Positions 53,150 to 64,000 of a stretch of DNA of 64,000 nucleotides are shown in pieces; position 1 is the stretch's first letter, and each line of letters opens with the position of its first letter. The DNA is taken from the NCBI RefSeq assembly GCF_018977255.1, contig NW_024704742.1:18230001-18294000 (forward strand), in the 5' to 3' direction. The stretch comes from Callorhinchus milii. Lineage: Eukaryota. Both the position numbers and the translations under genes were made by a program. The notes beneath the pieces were generated by a model, which saw only the letters and a program-made list of their open reading frames with translations, searched no databases and was not told where the DNA came from.

Positions 53150-53510
53150 TCCCCCTCCCCCTCTTCGGTGATCATTACCGCATCATCTGGGTCCCAGACG
53201 CACCTTTTCTCTCTCTGGTCTGCCTGTTTTGTTGCAACTCCCCACTTTTTTGCATTATTAACAACTCCTTTCCCCTGTTTTGTTGCAATCCCCTCTTTTG
53301 TTTTGCATCATTAACACATCTTTAACCCTTGTCCTCTGCCCCATGTCCTGCTTTGTCTTCCTTGCTCTGCCTTCCCCACTCCTTAAAAGCCTCTCCATCG
53401 CAACATGCCCCAGTTCTGATGAAGGATTGTGGGCCTGAAAGGTTGACTCACTTTTCTTTCTCCATAAATGCTGCCTGAGTGTTCCCAGGGACTTCTGTTT
53501 TTGTTTTAAT
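53150..53510 (+). mobile_element. Penelope-like 3'/terminal-repeat fragment with hammerhead motif
   Basis: Pyrimidine-rich body, then AGTT-CTGATGA-AGG...CCT-GAAA-GGTT-GACT and the shared gatgctgcctg unit. Confidence 0.65.
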
Positions 53511-56436
53511 TTTTATTATTCTTGGCAGGTCTATGGTTTTCACATTTTGTACTTACTACAATCTTCCTCATAGTTTTCAGTTCAAACAAAAAACAATATT
53601 TGCGAGATTGGACCACTTGAAAGTATTAAATGGGAGACAGAGATATTGATAAATATTTTCCAATAGTACTCATATTGTAAGAAGATATTCACATCAGGCA
53701 GAAGACTGTTGGCTGTTGAGTTACTGTGCCACCAGATTTTAGTGTAGCAGATAGTTTTCTGTGGGAATTCAATAGCTGAAAGCTCACACAGTCATTAACC
53801 AACACAGCTGCTGAACCTAGCACTGTATACAACAAACTTCAGAAATTAGTTGCCCATGTTACCACTAACTTTATTATTCTCAAGGCAATATTATTGTACC
53901 AATAGTTGACTTTACATCCCCGCTGAAAGCATTACACAAAACTAATTGATGTTAACATAGTTTTCACTTCCATAATATTTTTGTTTCCTGTTGAAAATTA
54001 CAGTTGATATATACTGGACAAAAAANTCTTTGATGCAGAATAGAGTGATGCATTCGTTACTGCTGTCATTTTCACCAACAGAACAATGTGGAGAGTGAGG
54101 CCTGATTTATAACTTCCACTCTGCATTGCACTTCACGAAACAATGGCTATTAAAAGATAACTCCCGATTCCAGTGTCTTGACACTTAGTTGGTCATATAG
54201 CAGAATACAGATGTAGGGAGCTTGCGTTTCAAGATTATTAAAGAGGCTGTTGCGCATTAATTGATGGTTGTTTGAATGTTTTTGGGCCATTCATTGGATT
54301 GCCCAAGAACTTTCAAGGACATATTTTGGAGAATAATTTAACATGCTCTCAAAGCATTAGGCAGTTATTACAATAAAGTGCACAACAATTTCATCATTTC
54401 CAACCTGTGATTTTATCTCATCCCTTGTATGAAAACAAATGCTGGTTACGTTAAAATACGCCCAATTTTATGCAGCAGTTATCAAAAGCAACATGGCAGT
54501 CAGGTGCAGATGCTTATCACACAGCAAGTTGTTTTCTTCTTTAAAAATGTGAAAACAAAAGAAAAATCCAGATCTAGTTTGGACTAGCATGTACAAAAGT
54601 ATAAACTAACCACCTATTGGTCGGATGTATTTAATATGTTCATTAGAAAGTAAACTAATCTTTCTAATTCATGACAATATGCAACAATAAAAATTCCAGG
54701 TGCAATCTGCATTATTTGATTGATGTCTTAAGGCTTAGTATATATCTGAATGAAAACATTGTAATGCCTTAAAATGCACTTGTTTCCAATTTAATTTTAA
54801 TAAATAAAAACAGTAACAATAGACTGGTGGCATGTATTACGCATAAATAGCCATGGGGGATGGTTACATTATTACATTATGTCTGTGACACAGCAATAAT
54901 ATTTCACAGGGAAGTGGTAACTAACTGCAGTTGGGTATCACTGAAAGATCCACAACAAGCAAACTTTTTAAAGTATCTGCAACAAACAAATGTTTTCAAG
55001 TATTTGTAAAGAGATTCCTAAGCATTAAAAGAGTGAAATTCACTACTGACATAATATGGATGGGGGTGCTCCTCATTGATGGCCAGCAGAGACAGATCTT
55101 GTGCAGATTTATAGGTGTTTGAAATGCATGAAATAATTCTTCAAGTGTCAGCGACGTTTCAGGTTACAGTACAATACACGGTAAATCAAAAGTCCTTACT
55201 CATTCGTCTATATGAGATGTTCAAACTGTTGACTTTTACACATATCAACTCAGTGACAAAAACATTTGCGACGAAAGACATTTCCTGTAATAGCTGCACA
55301 CTCTCTACAAATATTGTCTTAAAAAACATAATTAATAATTAAAAATTCGATGAGTAAGCACTTCTAATTCACACTGTATATACTCAGAATTATCTCAAAA
55401 GTCTGAAACTTTGTTCTTTTTGGTCAAAAGCATTGATATCAAACCACACCGCTGCTAAGTTCTCTGAGACACTATCCGCAAGAAGGGCGCTATATAAATG
55501 CAAGTTACTGACGTGAATAGCGCTATATCATATGCAAGGATTATTATTATTATTATTATTGTCGGTAACTTCTGTTTGAGTGAACAGCACAGAAAAATTG
55601 GGATGATTTGTAGGGACATCAACAATGGCAGAGCTTGAAAATCTGCTATAATTTTCACAAGAGACAGCACTTTGGACAGTTTTTAAAGATGTGATACATC
55701 AATTATATCATTGTGGCACAAAGACATGAAATAAGAGGCACTTGGCTATAGAAAGCCAGCTACTTTGCGAGCTGGCTTGAAATTAGAGACAAGCATTAAA
55801 AGTGGTAAATGGTGACCAATTTGCTGTCAGTGGTGAATTTAAAGCACCATAAACCTTGAATCCAGTAGATTCATGAACTAGTAGAACTTAGTTCTCTAAA
55901 AGAAAACTCTCACTTCTCATAAGCATTGATGATAACCGGTTTTATAATGTTTTGTAATATCTTAAATACAAAAGCTATACTTTGCTGGTCCAATTGAAGA
56001 TTCTTCAATGAGAGCTTTATAAATGCTTCTAAAACACTGCTTAAGTAGATAAATAGAGGAAACAGTGAAATACTAAAAGCAATTCAAACAATTTATTATT
56101 TAAAGTGACACTATGAATAACAAAATATGTCTAATAAATAAACTTTATCACACATAAAACAAAACTGTCACTTCATGAATCTTCTGAATTCTTTTGATAA
56201 GTAGAAATGTTCAAGGACATCTCAGCTTCAAGGCTTTCAATTTACCAAACTAAAGAAAACTAATTATCCTTAGATTTGATACAACATCTTGGATATCATT
56301 GAAATCCCTCAAAGCGATTGACAGGGTGTAGCAATTGTCTATTTTGTGGTGGAAGTAGGATACATATGGTTAATTATTAAATGACTGCAAATTGAACCAA
56401 ATGAACAGAACCACAGAGGGAGGATACAGTCCAATA

Positions 56437-56781
56437 TAATAATAATAATAATAATAATAATCCTTGCATTTGATATAGCGCTTTTCACGTCTGGAGGACG
56501 TCCCAAAGCGCTTCACAGAACACACTGTAAAGTGAATTGATTGTATATGTATTGATTGTGGGCGAACGCGGCAGCCAATTGCGCACAGCAATGTCCCACA
56601 AACAGTCGTGGATTGAAAATGACCAATTTATTACTGTTTTTTTTTTTGGTTTTTGGAGGGATTATTATTAGGCTCTGTGTGGAGTAAGGAAACTTGCCCA
56701 AGGTTTCGCCCTCTGCCTGGAATTGAACTCAGGTCTCTCGCTTGCAAAGCGAGTGCTCTAACCACTGAGCTACAGGACTCC
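56437..56781 (-). mobile_element. tRNA-Ala-like SINE (short form), full length
   Basis: Near-identical to 12136-12454. Confidence 0.92.
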
Positions 56782-57379
56782 GTATATCTTCATAGTTTTC
56801 GTAGTCTATATGTGAACCAGTTAGGGCTTCAAGTTCTTGTGGAAGTAGTCTTACGCTCCACCTTAGCCTGCAAATCCCGAGGTATCAAATTATATCTTTT
56901 ATAAACTGACATATAGAAGTTTCAAATTATACATCATTATAAAAATTAGTTTTTTGCTATTACCTGCTCGCTGAGTCTAGTACTGTTCATTTGTACAGAT
57001 GCAGCATGTTATTTGATATTTCCTGCTCTCTTGGTGATGTATGCAGCAACATAGGCTTGTTGCTAAGCAACATCTTCATCTCAACCCAGAAAAGATGCTC
57101 ATCAACATCGGTATTAGTTCACTCCTTCCTCAATAAGACCTGCAAACCATGCTGACAATAGTCCCTGAGAATTATTACTCCATTTGTATTAGAGCGCGCC
57201 CTTTTTGTGGAATGTAGTGACTTCTCACAAAACCACAAACATGTTTTACAGTCTTTGGCAATTCTACACTTAACGTGTAACACATGATTTTTCTCTTTTT
57301 GCCTTTGGCTTTATTCAAATCTTTTTGTTTGTCTGATTGGGTTATTGACCAAAACAGTACTTCAACTAAATTAACCAAC

Positions 57380-57503
57380 CTCTTATACAAGAATCCACCC
57401 TTGTTTCAACAGAGTCTTCATGTCTCTCGCAAGTAGATGAGGATGTGTGTCTACTGACATTTAAAAATGATGTCTTAGACTGGCAGTTGATCAGTCTTGA
57501 ATC
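57380..57503 (-). CDS. MAP9: MAP9-like coding exon (phase 0 to 1)
   Basis: tttcctttgtgtag|GAT ... AGAG|gttggt. Open frame DSRLINCQ...VDSCIR; phases fit both neighbours. Confidence 0.65.
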
Positions 57504-57654
57504 CTACACAAAGGAAAAAGAGTTATTATGTTAAACACGAAATGCTGAGGAAAGTTGCGACAGGATACATATATAAATAGCAAAATCAGGAGATTCTCTC
57601 ACAATGGATAACAATAAATAAAGAAAGAAATAAAGAAAGAAATTTTAAAAACGC

Positions 57655-57820
57655 GGTGGACGGGTATTTGAGGAGGACGGGTTTGCAGGGTTATGGGGAA
57701 AGGGCTGCGGAGTGGGATTGACATTACGTTGCTCTTCTCAAAAAGCCGGCACAGACTCGATGGGCCGAATGGCCTCTTTTTGTGCTGTACGATTCTATGA
57801 TTCGATGATTCTACGATTCT
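57655..57820 (+). mobile_element. CR1 3' end
   Basis: gatgggccgaatggcct hairpin motif followed by a (GATTCTAT)-like tandem tail. Confidence 0.85.
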
Positions 57821-58674
57821 AAGAACTTGCTTAACAGGTGCAGAATAACACAAACAATTAACAGTTAACTAAAAGTAAACTTAAAACCTTACAATGTTTA
57901 ATGTTTGGAGCGTTACAGCTGGTTGTGTTTATCAAAACAACACAACTAGTGAATTTGAACTGAAAGTCACAGCACTTTACATATTTAGTTCACTAACACG
58001 GTTGCACAAGTAACCAGGAAAACCAAAGATAGACCAAAGATACCGCCCTCTATTTAAAATCTTATCCAGAGGATGGCACCTACAAAATGCAGCACTACTC
58101 CAACACAGCATTGGAGTGTCAGCCTACTACTGTGAGCTCAAAGTCATGACATTGGCCTTGAAGGCTCAATTTTTAGACTCAGGTGAGAGAGACTATCAGC
58201 TGACACATTCATTAACCCAAATACATCCTTTCATTGCTGCTATAACTACTATTATAGTTTCAAGGATTATTCAAAGCAGGTATTATGATAGATTTAGCCT
58301 ACATTAAATAAATAAAATGCAAAGTAAGCCAATAGATATTTAAATTAATTGTAAACATTAAAACGTTATTTTAGAAATCCTTTTTAAAAAGTGCTTCCGG
58401 CTTTAGAGATAGTAACAAATGGAAGGAAGGGCACATCTGAATAGATGTGATAGCATATTATGCAGAATGGTTACATCCTATAGCAAACGCAAGGATTATT
58501 ATCTTGCAGTTGCCAAACTGGTTATATGACACAAAACATATTTCTTGTAAATGGAGCATCCTCACATCCGTAAATGTACTGCATCAGTTTTCACCACTTT
58601 CCATCAGAACATAAATTCTAATTAAATACTGTTCAATCCAAACAAGGCAGTGTAATTCAATCTGTTCATGTTAC

Positions 58675-58886
58675 CTCAGGACTGGGGCTCCTAGTACAAG
58701 TTTGCCTCTCGGTCACCAACGTTTTGCTGATAGCTGAGGAATGTTTTGAAAGGGCTGACGAGGCTCTAGTGTAACATGACTTCTCTGATTCATCATCCTG
58801 TGTAGAGCTGCACTGCATTTTCAGACGGCGCTGGCGAGGTTTGGGTTTGGGACATTCATCCAGCACAGTACACGTTGTTTCATTTC
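58675..58886 (-). CDS. MAP9: MAP9-like coding exon (most 5' exon found in window; phase 1 to 0)
   Basis: gaag|GA ... CCTGAG|gtaaca. Encodes NETTCTVLDECPKPKPRQRR...SPSPE; the KPKPR motif is recalled from MAP9. Confidence 0.75.
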
Positions 58887-59167
58887 CTTCAGGTCATCAG
58901 AAACAAAATAAAACTTCAATACGATGGAAATGTTAACAACACGTGATTTGCAATCTGTACTCCATTTCATAAATTATTGTTATGTTATGTAAAGCATCAC
59001 AACCTCTGTTGTATTTCAACCCATTCTATTAATACTAGGTAATGAATCTTTAGGAGACCATGAAGGAATTAGCTTAACAGAAAAACTTACTCAGTTTCCA
59101 AGAGAAATGGGGCCATACAGAACGATGGTACAGAGAGTCCATTTGAGAAAGTAAGCAGTGAATTGCA

Positions 59168-59525
59168 GGAGTCCTGTAGCTCAGTGGTTAGAGCACTCTC
59201 CTCGCAAGTGAGAAACCTGGGTTCTATTCCCAGAAGGGTGAAATTTTGGGCAAGTTTCCTTACTCCACACACCTATTTACTTAGCAAGTAGGAAACCTGT
59301 TGTTAGTCGATTGGCGGATCGCTTTTCCGAGGATAATAATCCCTCAAGAAAAAAACCCCAATAATAATTTGGTCACTCTAACCCCGACTGTTTGTGCACC
59401 ATTGGCTGCCGTGTTTCACCCACAAATATACAGTCAATTCACTTTACAGTATATTCTGTGAAGCGCTTTGAGACATTGAGAAGACGTGAAAACCGCTACA
59501 TCAAATGCAAGGATTATTATTTTAT
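59168..59525 (+). mobile_element. tRNA-Ala-like SINE (long form)
   Basis: Same head and tail, plus an internal segment shared with 4804-5168. Confidence 0.9.
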
Positions 59526-60393
59526 TATAATTGAGAGTGGTTAGTAGAGAACAAAGAGCTTCAGTTACCATGTGAGTATCAGAAACTGGTGGCTGTTTGG
59601 ATTGTGCTGAAAGAGCTGAGCACATCGGTGGAGCCCTGAGAGAATAGATTGCGGTGCAAAGGCCAGAGCCCACTTATGTCGTGAGAATCCAATCGAGTGA
59701 GTTAGAAAAGTGGATTAAATAATAAATAAACCTTGCTTTTGATATAGCACTTTTAAAGTCGTTAAGATGTTTCAAAGCACTTCACAACATTTACAGTAAA
59801 ATGTAGTGACATATCTTTTGGAAAGACAGTTATCAGAAAAGTTCATCTTGTGAATGAGTTAGTCTGAATCTACAAGATAAATTCTAAGTAACGGCTTCCA
59901 GCAGCAGTCACTTCAAGCCTCAGTTTTCTCATCTGATATCTAGGGACATTTGCCTTCAGGGTGGTGGGAGGACAATGTGCGACATGTCCTAAATGATGTT
60001 CTCGAGGACCAAGTACCAGGTTTACTCAGCGCCATCTGCTTAATCCTAGTCCTCATGTGAGGGGCTTTGGTAAATAGACGTGCCTGCTGTGAAGCCGCCC
60101 CCGCCTCTAGGGTATAGCGACAGGTCAGTGTAGGTCAGAACTCTCCCTCTCTGCAGCCACTTCTTGTGTTTGCCACAAATCCTGCTTGACCCTAAGCTTT
60201 GCAAATGGACTAGAAGAATCCCTCTGCTGTATCCACAGGACCTCGGATCCATAAAGGCCCTGTTTGGACACACAGATCTTGTGTGCCGCAAGCTTGACCT
60301 ACACTGGGACCTTGCTGTCCTTGAAGAGAGACAAGCACAACCAGAGTTTGCTGTGTGGTTCTTTAAGATAGTGTATATTAGAATCTGTTAATA

Positions 60394-60684
60394 TAATAAT
60401 AATCCTTGCATTTGATATAGCGCTTTTTCACGTCTTCTCGACGTCTCAAAGCGCTTCACAGAATAGACTGTAAAGTGAATTGACTGTATATTTGTGGGCG
60501 AAACGCGGCAGCCAAATGCGCACAGCAGTGTCCCACAAACAGTCATGGATTAAAGTGACCAATTTTATTATTTTTTTGAGGGATTATTATCAGGCGTATG
60601 GAGTAAGGAAACCTGCCCAAGGTTTGGCCCTGCCGGGAATCGAACCCAGGTGTCTCGCTTGTGAGGCGAGTGCTCTACAGGACT
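60394..60684 (-). mobile_element. tRNA-Ala-like SINE (short form, A-box deletion)
   Basis: Collinear with 12136-12454; 12 nt of the A box are missing. Confidence 0.88.
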
Positions 60685-60699
60685 AATATTCCTATAAAG

Positions 60700-63600
60700 G
60701 CCCTGTCTGGACCTATTCCCATTCGGGGCGAACAATCAGGACAGGGCGGAGACAGAGCCTGGGCCTAGCGATCAGCATAAAAGGAGCGGCTGAGGTAAAC
60801 TGTCTTTGAACTGTCGGAGCAACGAAAAAAGAAAAAGTGACGTTGGTGTGATGTCATTTTCAACAGCAGAACCAGGGACAAACATCGACAAACTGTCAGA
60901 AACTACAACACTGACGGCAAATTAAAACAAAATAAACCCCAAAATAAAAAACTATATATATTGAAAACACTGTGTGAAAGGATGATGTGGCAAGTGAAAT
61001 GCGAGGACGGTGACATGTGGGAGTTAATGGAGGGCGGCCTGAGCCCGGGCGACTTCATCTGCAGCAAGTGTCTGCAACTCAGGAAGCTCCAGCTGAGAGT
61101 AGTTGAGCTGGAAGCCGAGGTGCAGACACTGCGCTCCATCAGGGACAGTGAGAGGTTCCTGGACAGTATGATGGAGGAAACCATCACTCCCCTGAGGCTC
61201 GGGAGATGCTTGCATCCGGTTAATGCTCAGGGACAGGATAGTTTTATCAGTCCTGCAGATAATGGGACCCCTGAGAGAGGGGTGATGGAGCCTTGGGCTG
61301 CAAACTTGTACAACGGTTCTGAGGATTTGATGGACCAAACAACTCAGGAGGTGATCACCCCACCCCACACCCCAGACGGAAAATGACTGGGTGACTGTCC
61401 GGCATGGTAGGAAGAGGGGACGCGCAGGGCAGAATGCCCCCAATAGTGTAGCACTCTCAAACCGGTACTCTGTACTGAACATTGAGAGCGTTGATATCTC
61501 CAGGGAGGACAGTAAAAACCGATTGGTTGAACAAGGGGACATAGGTAACAGGAGCAATGCTGTTGTCATAAGGGATACAACAGTGAGCGGTATAGACAGA
61601 CGTTTCTGTAACAGAAGACGGGAGTCAAGGATGGTATGTTGCCTCCCTGGTGCAACAGTCTTAGACATCGCAGAAAGGGTGGATAAAATTCTTCAGGGGG
61701 AAGGAGAACATCCAGAAGTGGTGGTCCAGGTTGGGATCCATGATATTGGTAAAAAAAAAGGGCTGAGATGCTACAGAGTGAATATTAAAAGCTGGGGAAC
61801 ATACTAAAGAATAGAACATCCAAGGTGGTGATCTCTGGATTACTCCCCGTGCCTCGGGCAAATAAGTACCATAATGGCAGGATCAAGCATATGAATGCTT
61901 GGCTGGAGAAATGGTCCAGAAAAGAGGGCTTCAGGTTTCTGGATCATTGGGACCAGTTCTGGGGCAGGTGGGACCTGTACCATATGGATGGGTTACACCT
62001 AAACAGGGCTGGGGCGAATGTCCTTGCAGACAGGCTAACTAATGCTGTTGGGGAGGGTTTAAACCAGTTTTGAGGGGGAAGGGAATGCAAAAAACGAAGA
62101 GCTAGAAAATGGAGAAATAAAACAGGGGGGAAGTGCAGAACAGGTCAAGTCGGTCTTGGAGTGCATGTGCCTAAATGCACAGAGTTTAGCAAACAAGATT
62201 GGTGAGCTGCAGGCTCAAGTGGTCATAGGGGGATACGATGTAGTAGCAGTAACAGAGACTTGGCTCAAACAAGGACAGGAATGGGAGCTGAATATTCCTG
62301 GCTATAATGTATTCAGGAGGGATAGGGAAGGAAAAAAAGGAGGGGTGTGGCAATGTTAATCAAAGATACGGTTATAGCCGTGGAAAGGGTCGAGGTGCTG
62401 GAGGGCCCCAAAACGGAATCTATCTGGTTAGAGTTAAGGAACAAAAAAGGAGCTGTTACGCTGGTAGGGGTATACTATAGACCACCAAATAGTGGGAAGG
62501 AAATAGATGAGCAGATCTGCAAGCAGATCTCAGACAGATGCAAGGCCAATAGAGTCGTGATAATGGGGGACTTTAATTATCCCAACATAGACTGGCAAAA
62601 CAACAGCGCAAAGGGCAAGGAGGGGGAAAGATTCCTAAAATGCATACAGGACAACTTTCTTGATCAGTACGTTTCCAGCCCAACAAGGAAGGAAGCAGTG
62701 CTAGATCTAGTTCTGGGGAATGAAGTAGGGCAAGTGGAGCAGGTTTCAGTGGGAGAGCATCTGGGCAATAGTGATCATAACATCATTAGATTCAGAGTGC
62801 ATATGGAAAGAGACAAGGAACCATCTAAGGTGAAGATACTCAACTGGAAGAGGGCAAATTTCAGTGAGTTAAAAAGGGACCTAGCCAAGGTGGACTGGAA
62901 AGAAAGATTGGCAGGTAAAACAACTAAAGAGCAGTGAGAAGTCTTCCAGGATGAGATAGCTTGGGGACAGAATAAATACATTCCCACAAAAGGGAAAAGT
63001 AGGGCATCCAAACCTCCCTGGATGACGAAGGTAATTGTATCTAGAATGAAGCAGAAAAAGGAGGCGTATGACAAATGTCAAACCCAAGATACAGAAGACA
63101 ACCAAATAGAATATAGGAAGTGCAGAAGAGGTTTGAAAAAGGAAATAAGAGGGGCAAAAAGATTATACGAAAAAAGGTTAGCGGGTAACATTAAAGGGAA
63201 TTCTAAAATATTTTACAAACATATCAAGAAAAAAAGGTTAGTCAAAGGTAGGGTGGGGCCAATTAAGGATGGAAATCTTATTGTGGAGGCAGAGGGCATG
63301 GCTGATGTACTGAATGAGTTCTTTGCATCTGTCTTCACAAAATAAGTGAATGCACCAAATGCCGCAGTAAGGGAGGAGAGGGTAGAGGAAATGGATAGGA
63401 TAAGTATAAACAGAGAGGAAGTACTGAAAAGGTTGACTGCGCTGAAGGTAGATAAGTCGCCCGGTCCGGACGGGATGCAACCAAGGTTACTATGGGAGGC
63501 ACGGGTACAAATAGCGGAGGCTTTGGCTACAATTTTTCAATCTTCGTTGGACACAGGAGTGGTGCCAGAGGACTGGAGAGTGGCCAATGTGACTCCCTGT

Positions 63601-64000
63601 ACAAAAAGGGACAGAAGGACAAACCTGGGAACTACAGGCCAGTCAGCCTAACATCAGTAGTGGGGAAACTCCTGGAGACTATAATCCGGGACAGAATAAA
63701 TCTTCACTTAGAAGAATATGGGTTAATTAGGGACAGCCAACACGGATTTGTTAAAGGCAAATCTTGTCTAACAAATCTAATAGAATTTTTCGATGAGGTA
63801 ACGGAGAGGGTGGATAAAGGTAGTGCAGTTGATGTAGTTTATATGGACTTTCAAAAGGCATTTGACAAAGTGCCACATGAAAGACTTGTAAGAAAGATAG
63901 AAGCCCATGGTATAAAAGGGACAGTGGCAGCATGGATCCAGAACTGGCTGGGAGACAGAAAGCAGAGAGTTGTGGTGAACGGCTGCTTTTCTGACTGGAG
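60700..64000 (+). mobile_element. CR1-clade LINE, apparently 5'-complete, decayed; runs off the window end; antisense within a MAP9-like intron
   Basis: ORF1 has a zinc-finger/zipper (FICSKCLQLRKLQLRVVELE) and an SGNH-esterase-like region (VCCLPGA, DGLHLN). ORF2 has an AP endonuclease (VTETW, YYRPP, GDFN, LDLVL, SDH) and the RT N-terminus (KSPGPDG, DWRVANV, QHGF, YMDFQKAFDKVPH). Several stops and frameshifts are present. Confidence 0.95.

Noticed and set aside
54016..54101. Possible extra MAP9-like exon spanning the N at 54026
   Set aside because: Weak splice sites and no homology; the flanking exons (57380 and 52988) already join in phase 1.
56715..56781. Possible tRNA-Ala gene
   Set aside because: No proper acceptor stem, and it continues into SINE body and tail in several copies, so it is a SINE head.

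Overview
Vertebrate genomic DNA, most likely a cartilaginous fish (inferred from the repeat repertoire; species not provable here). It holds two convergent genes. (1) A neuropeptide Y receptor of the Y2 subfamily with a single coding exon (12910-14085, +). Its residue pattern leans towards Y7 (NPY7R), while the neighbouring gene suggests Y2. A candidate CpG/G-rich promoter and non-coding first exon lie at about 8.3-10.5 kb. (2) The 3' ten coding exons of a MAP9 (ASAP)-like gene on the minus strand (58886 down to 39486), reconstructed from splice sites and phases. One exon carries an apparent 1-nt frameshift. The rest is mostly mobile DNA: L2 and CR1 LINE fragments, an apparently 5'-complete but decayed CR1 (about 60.7 kb to window end), tRNA-Ala-like SINEs, Deu-domain SINEs, a 110-bp hAT-type MITE, and Penelope-type terminal repeats carrying minimal hammerhead ribozyme motifs. 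Comparisons with human and chicken proteins and with repeat consensus sequences are from memory, not computed. No wholly new biological system can be proven from the sequence. The best leads are a possible NPY7R-MAP9-like ohnologous gene pair, the MAP9 frameshift, and the hammerhead-bearing repeats.
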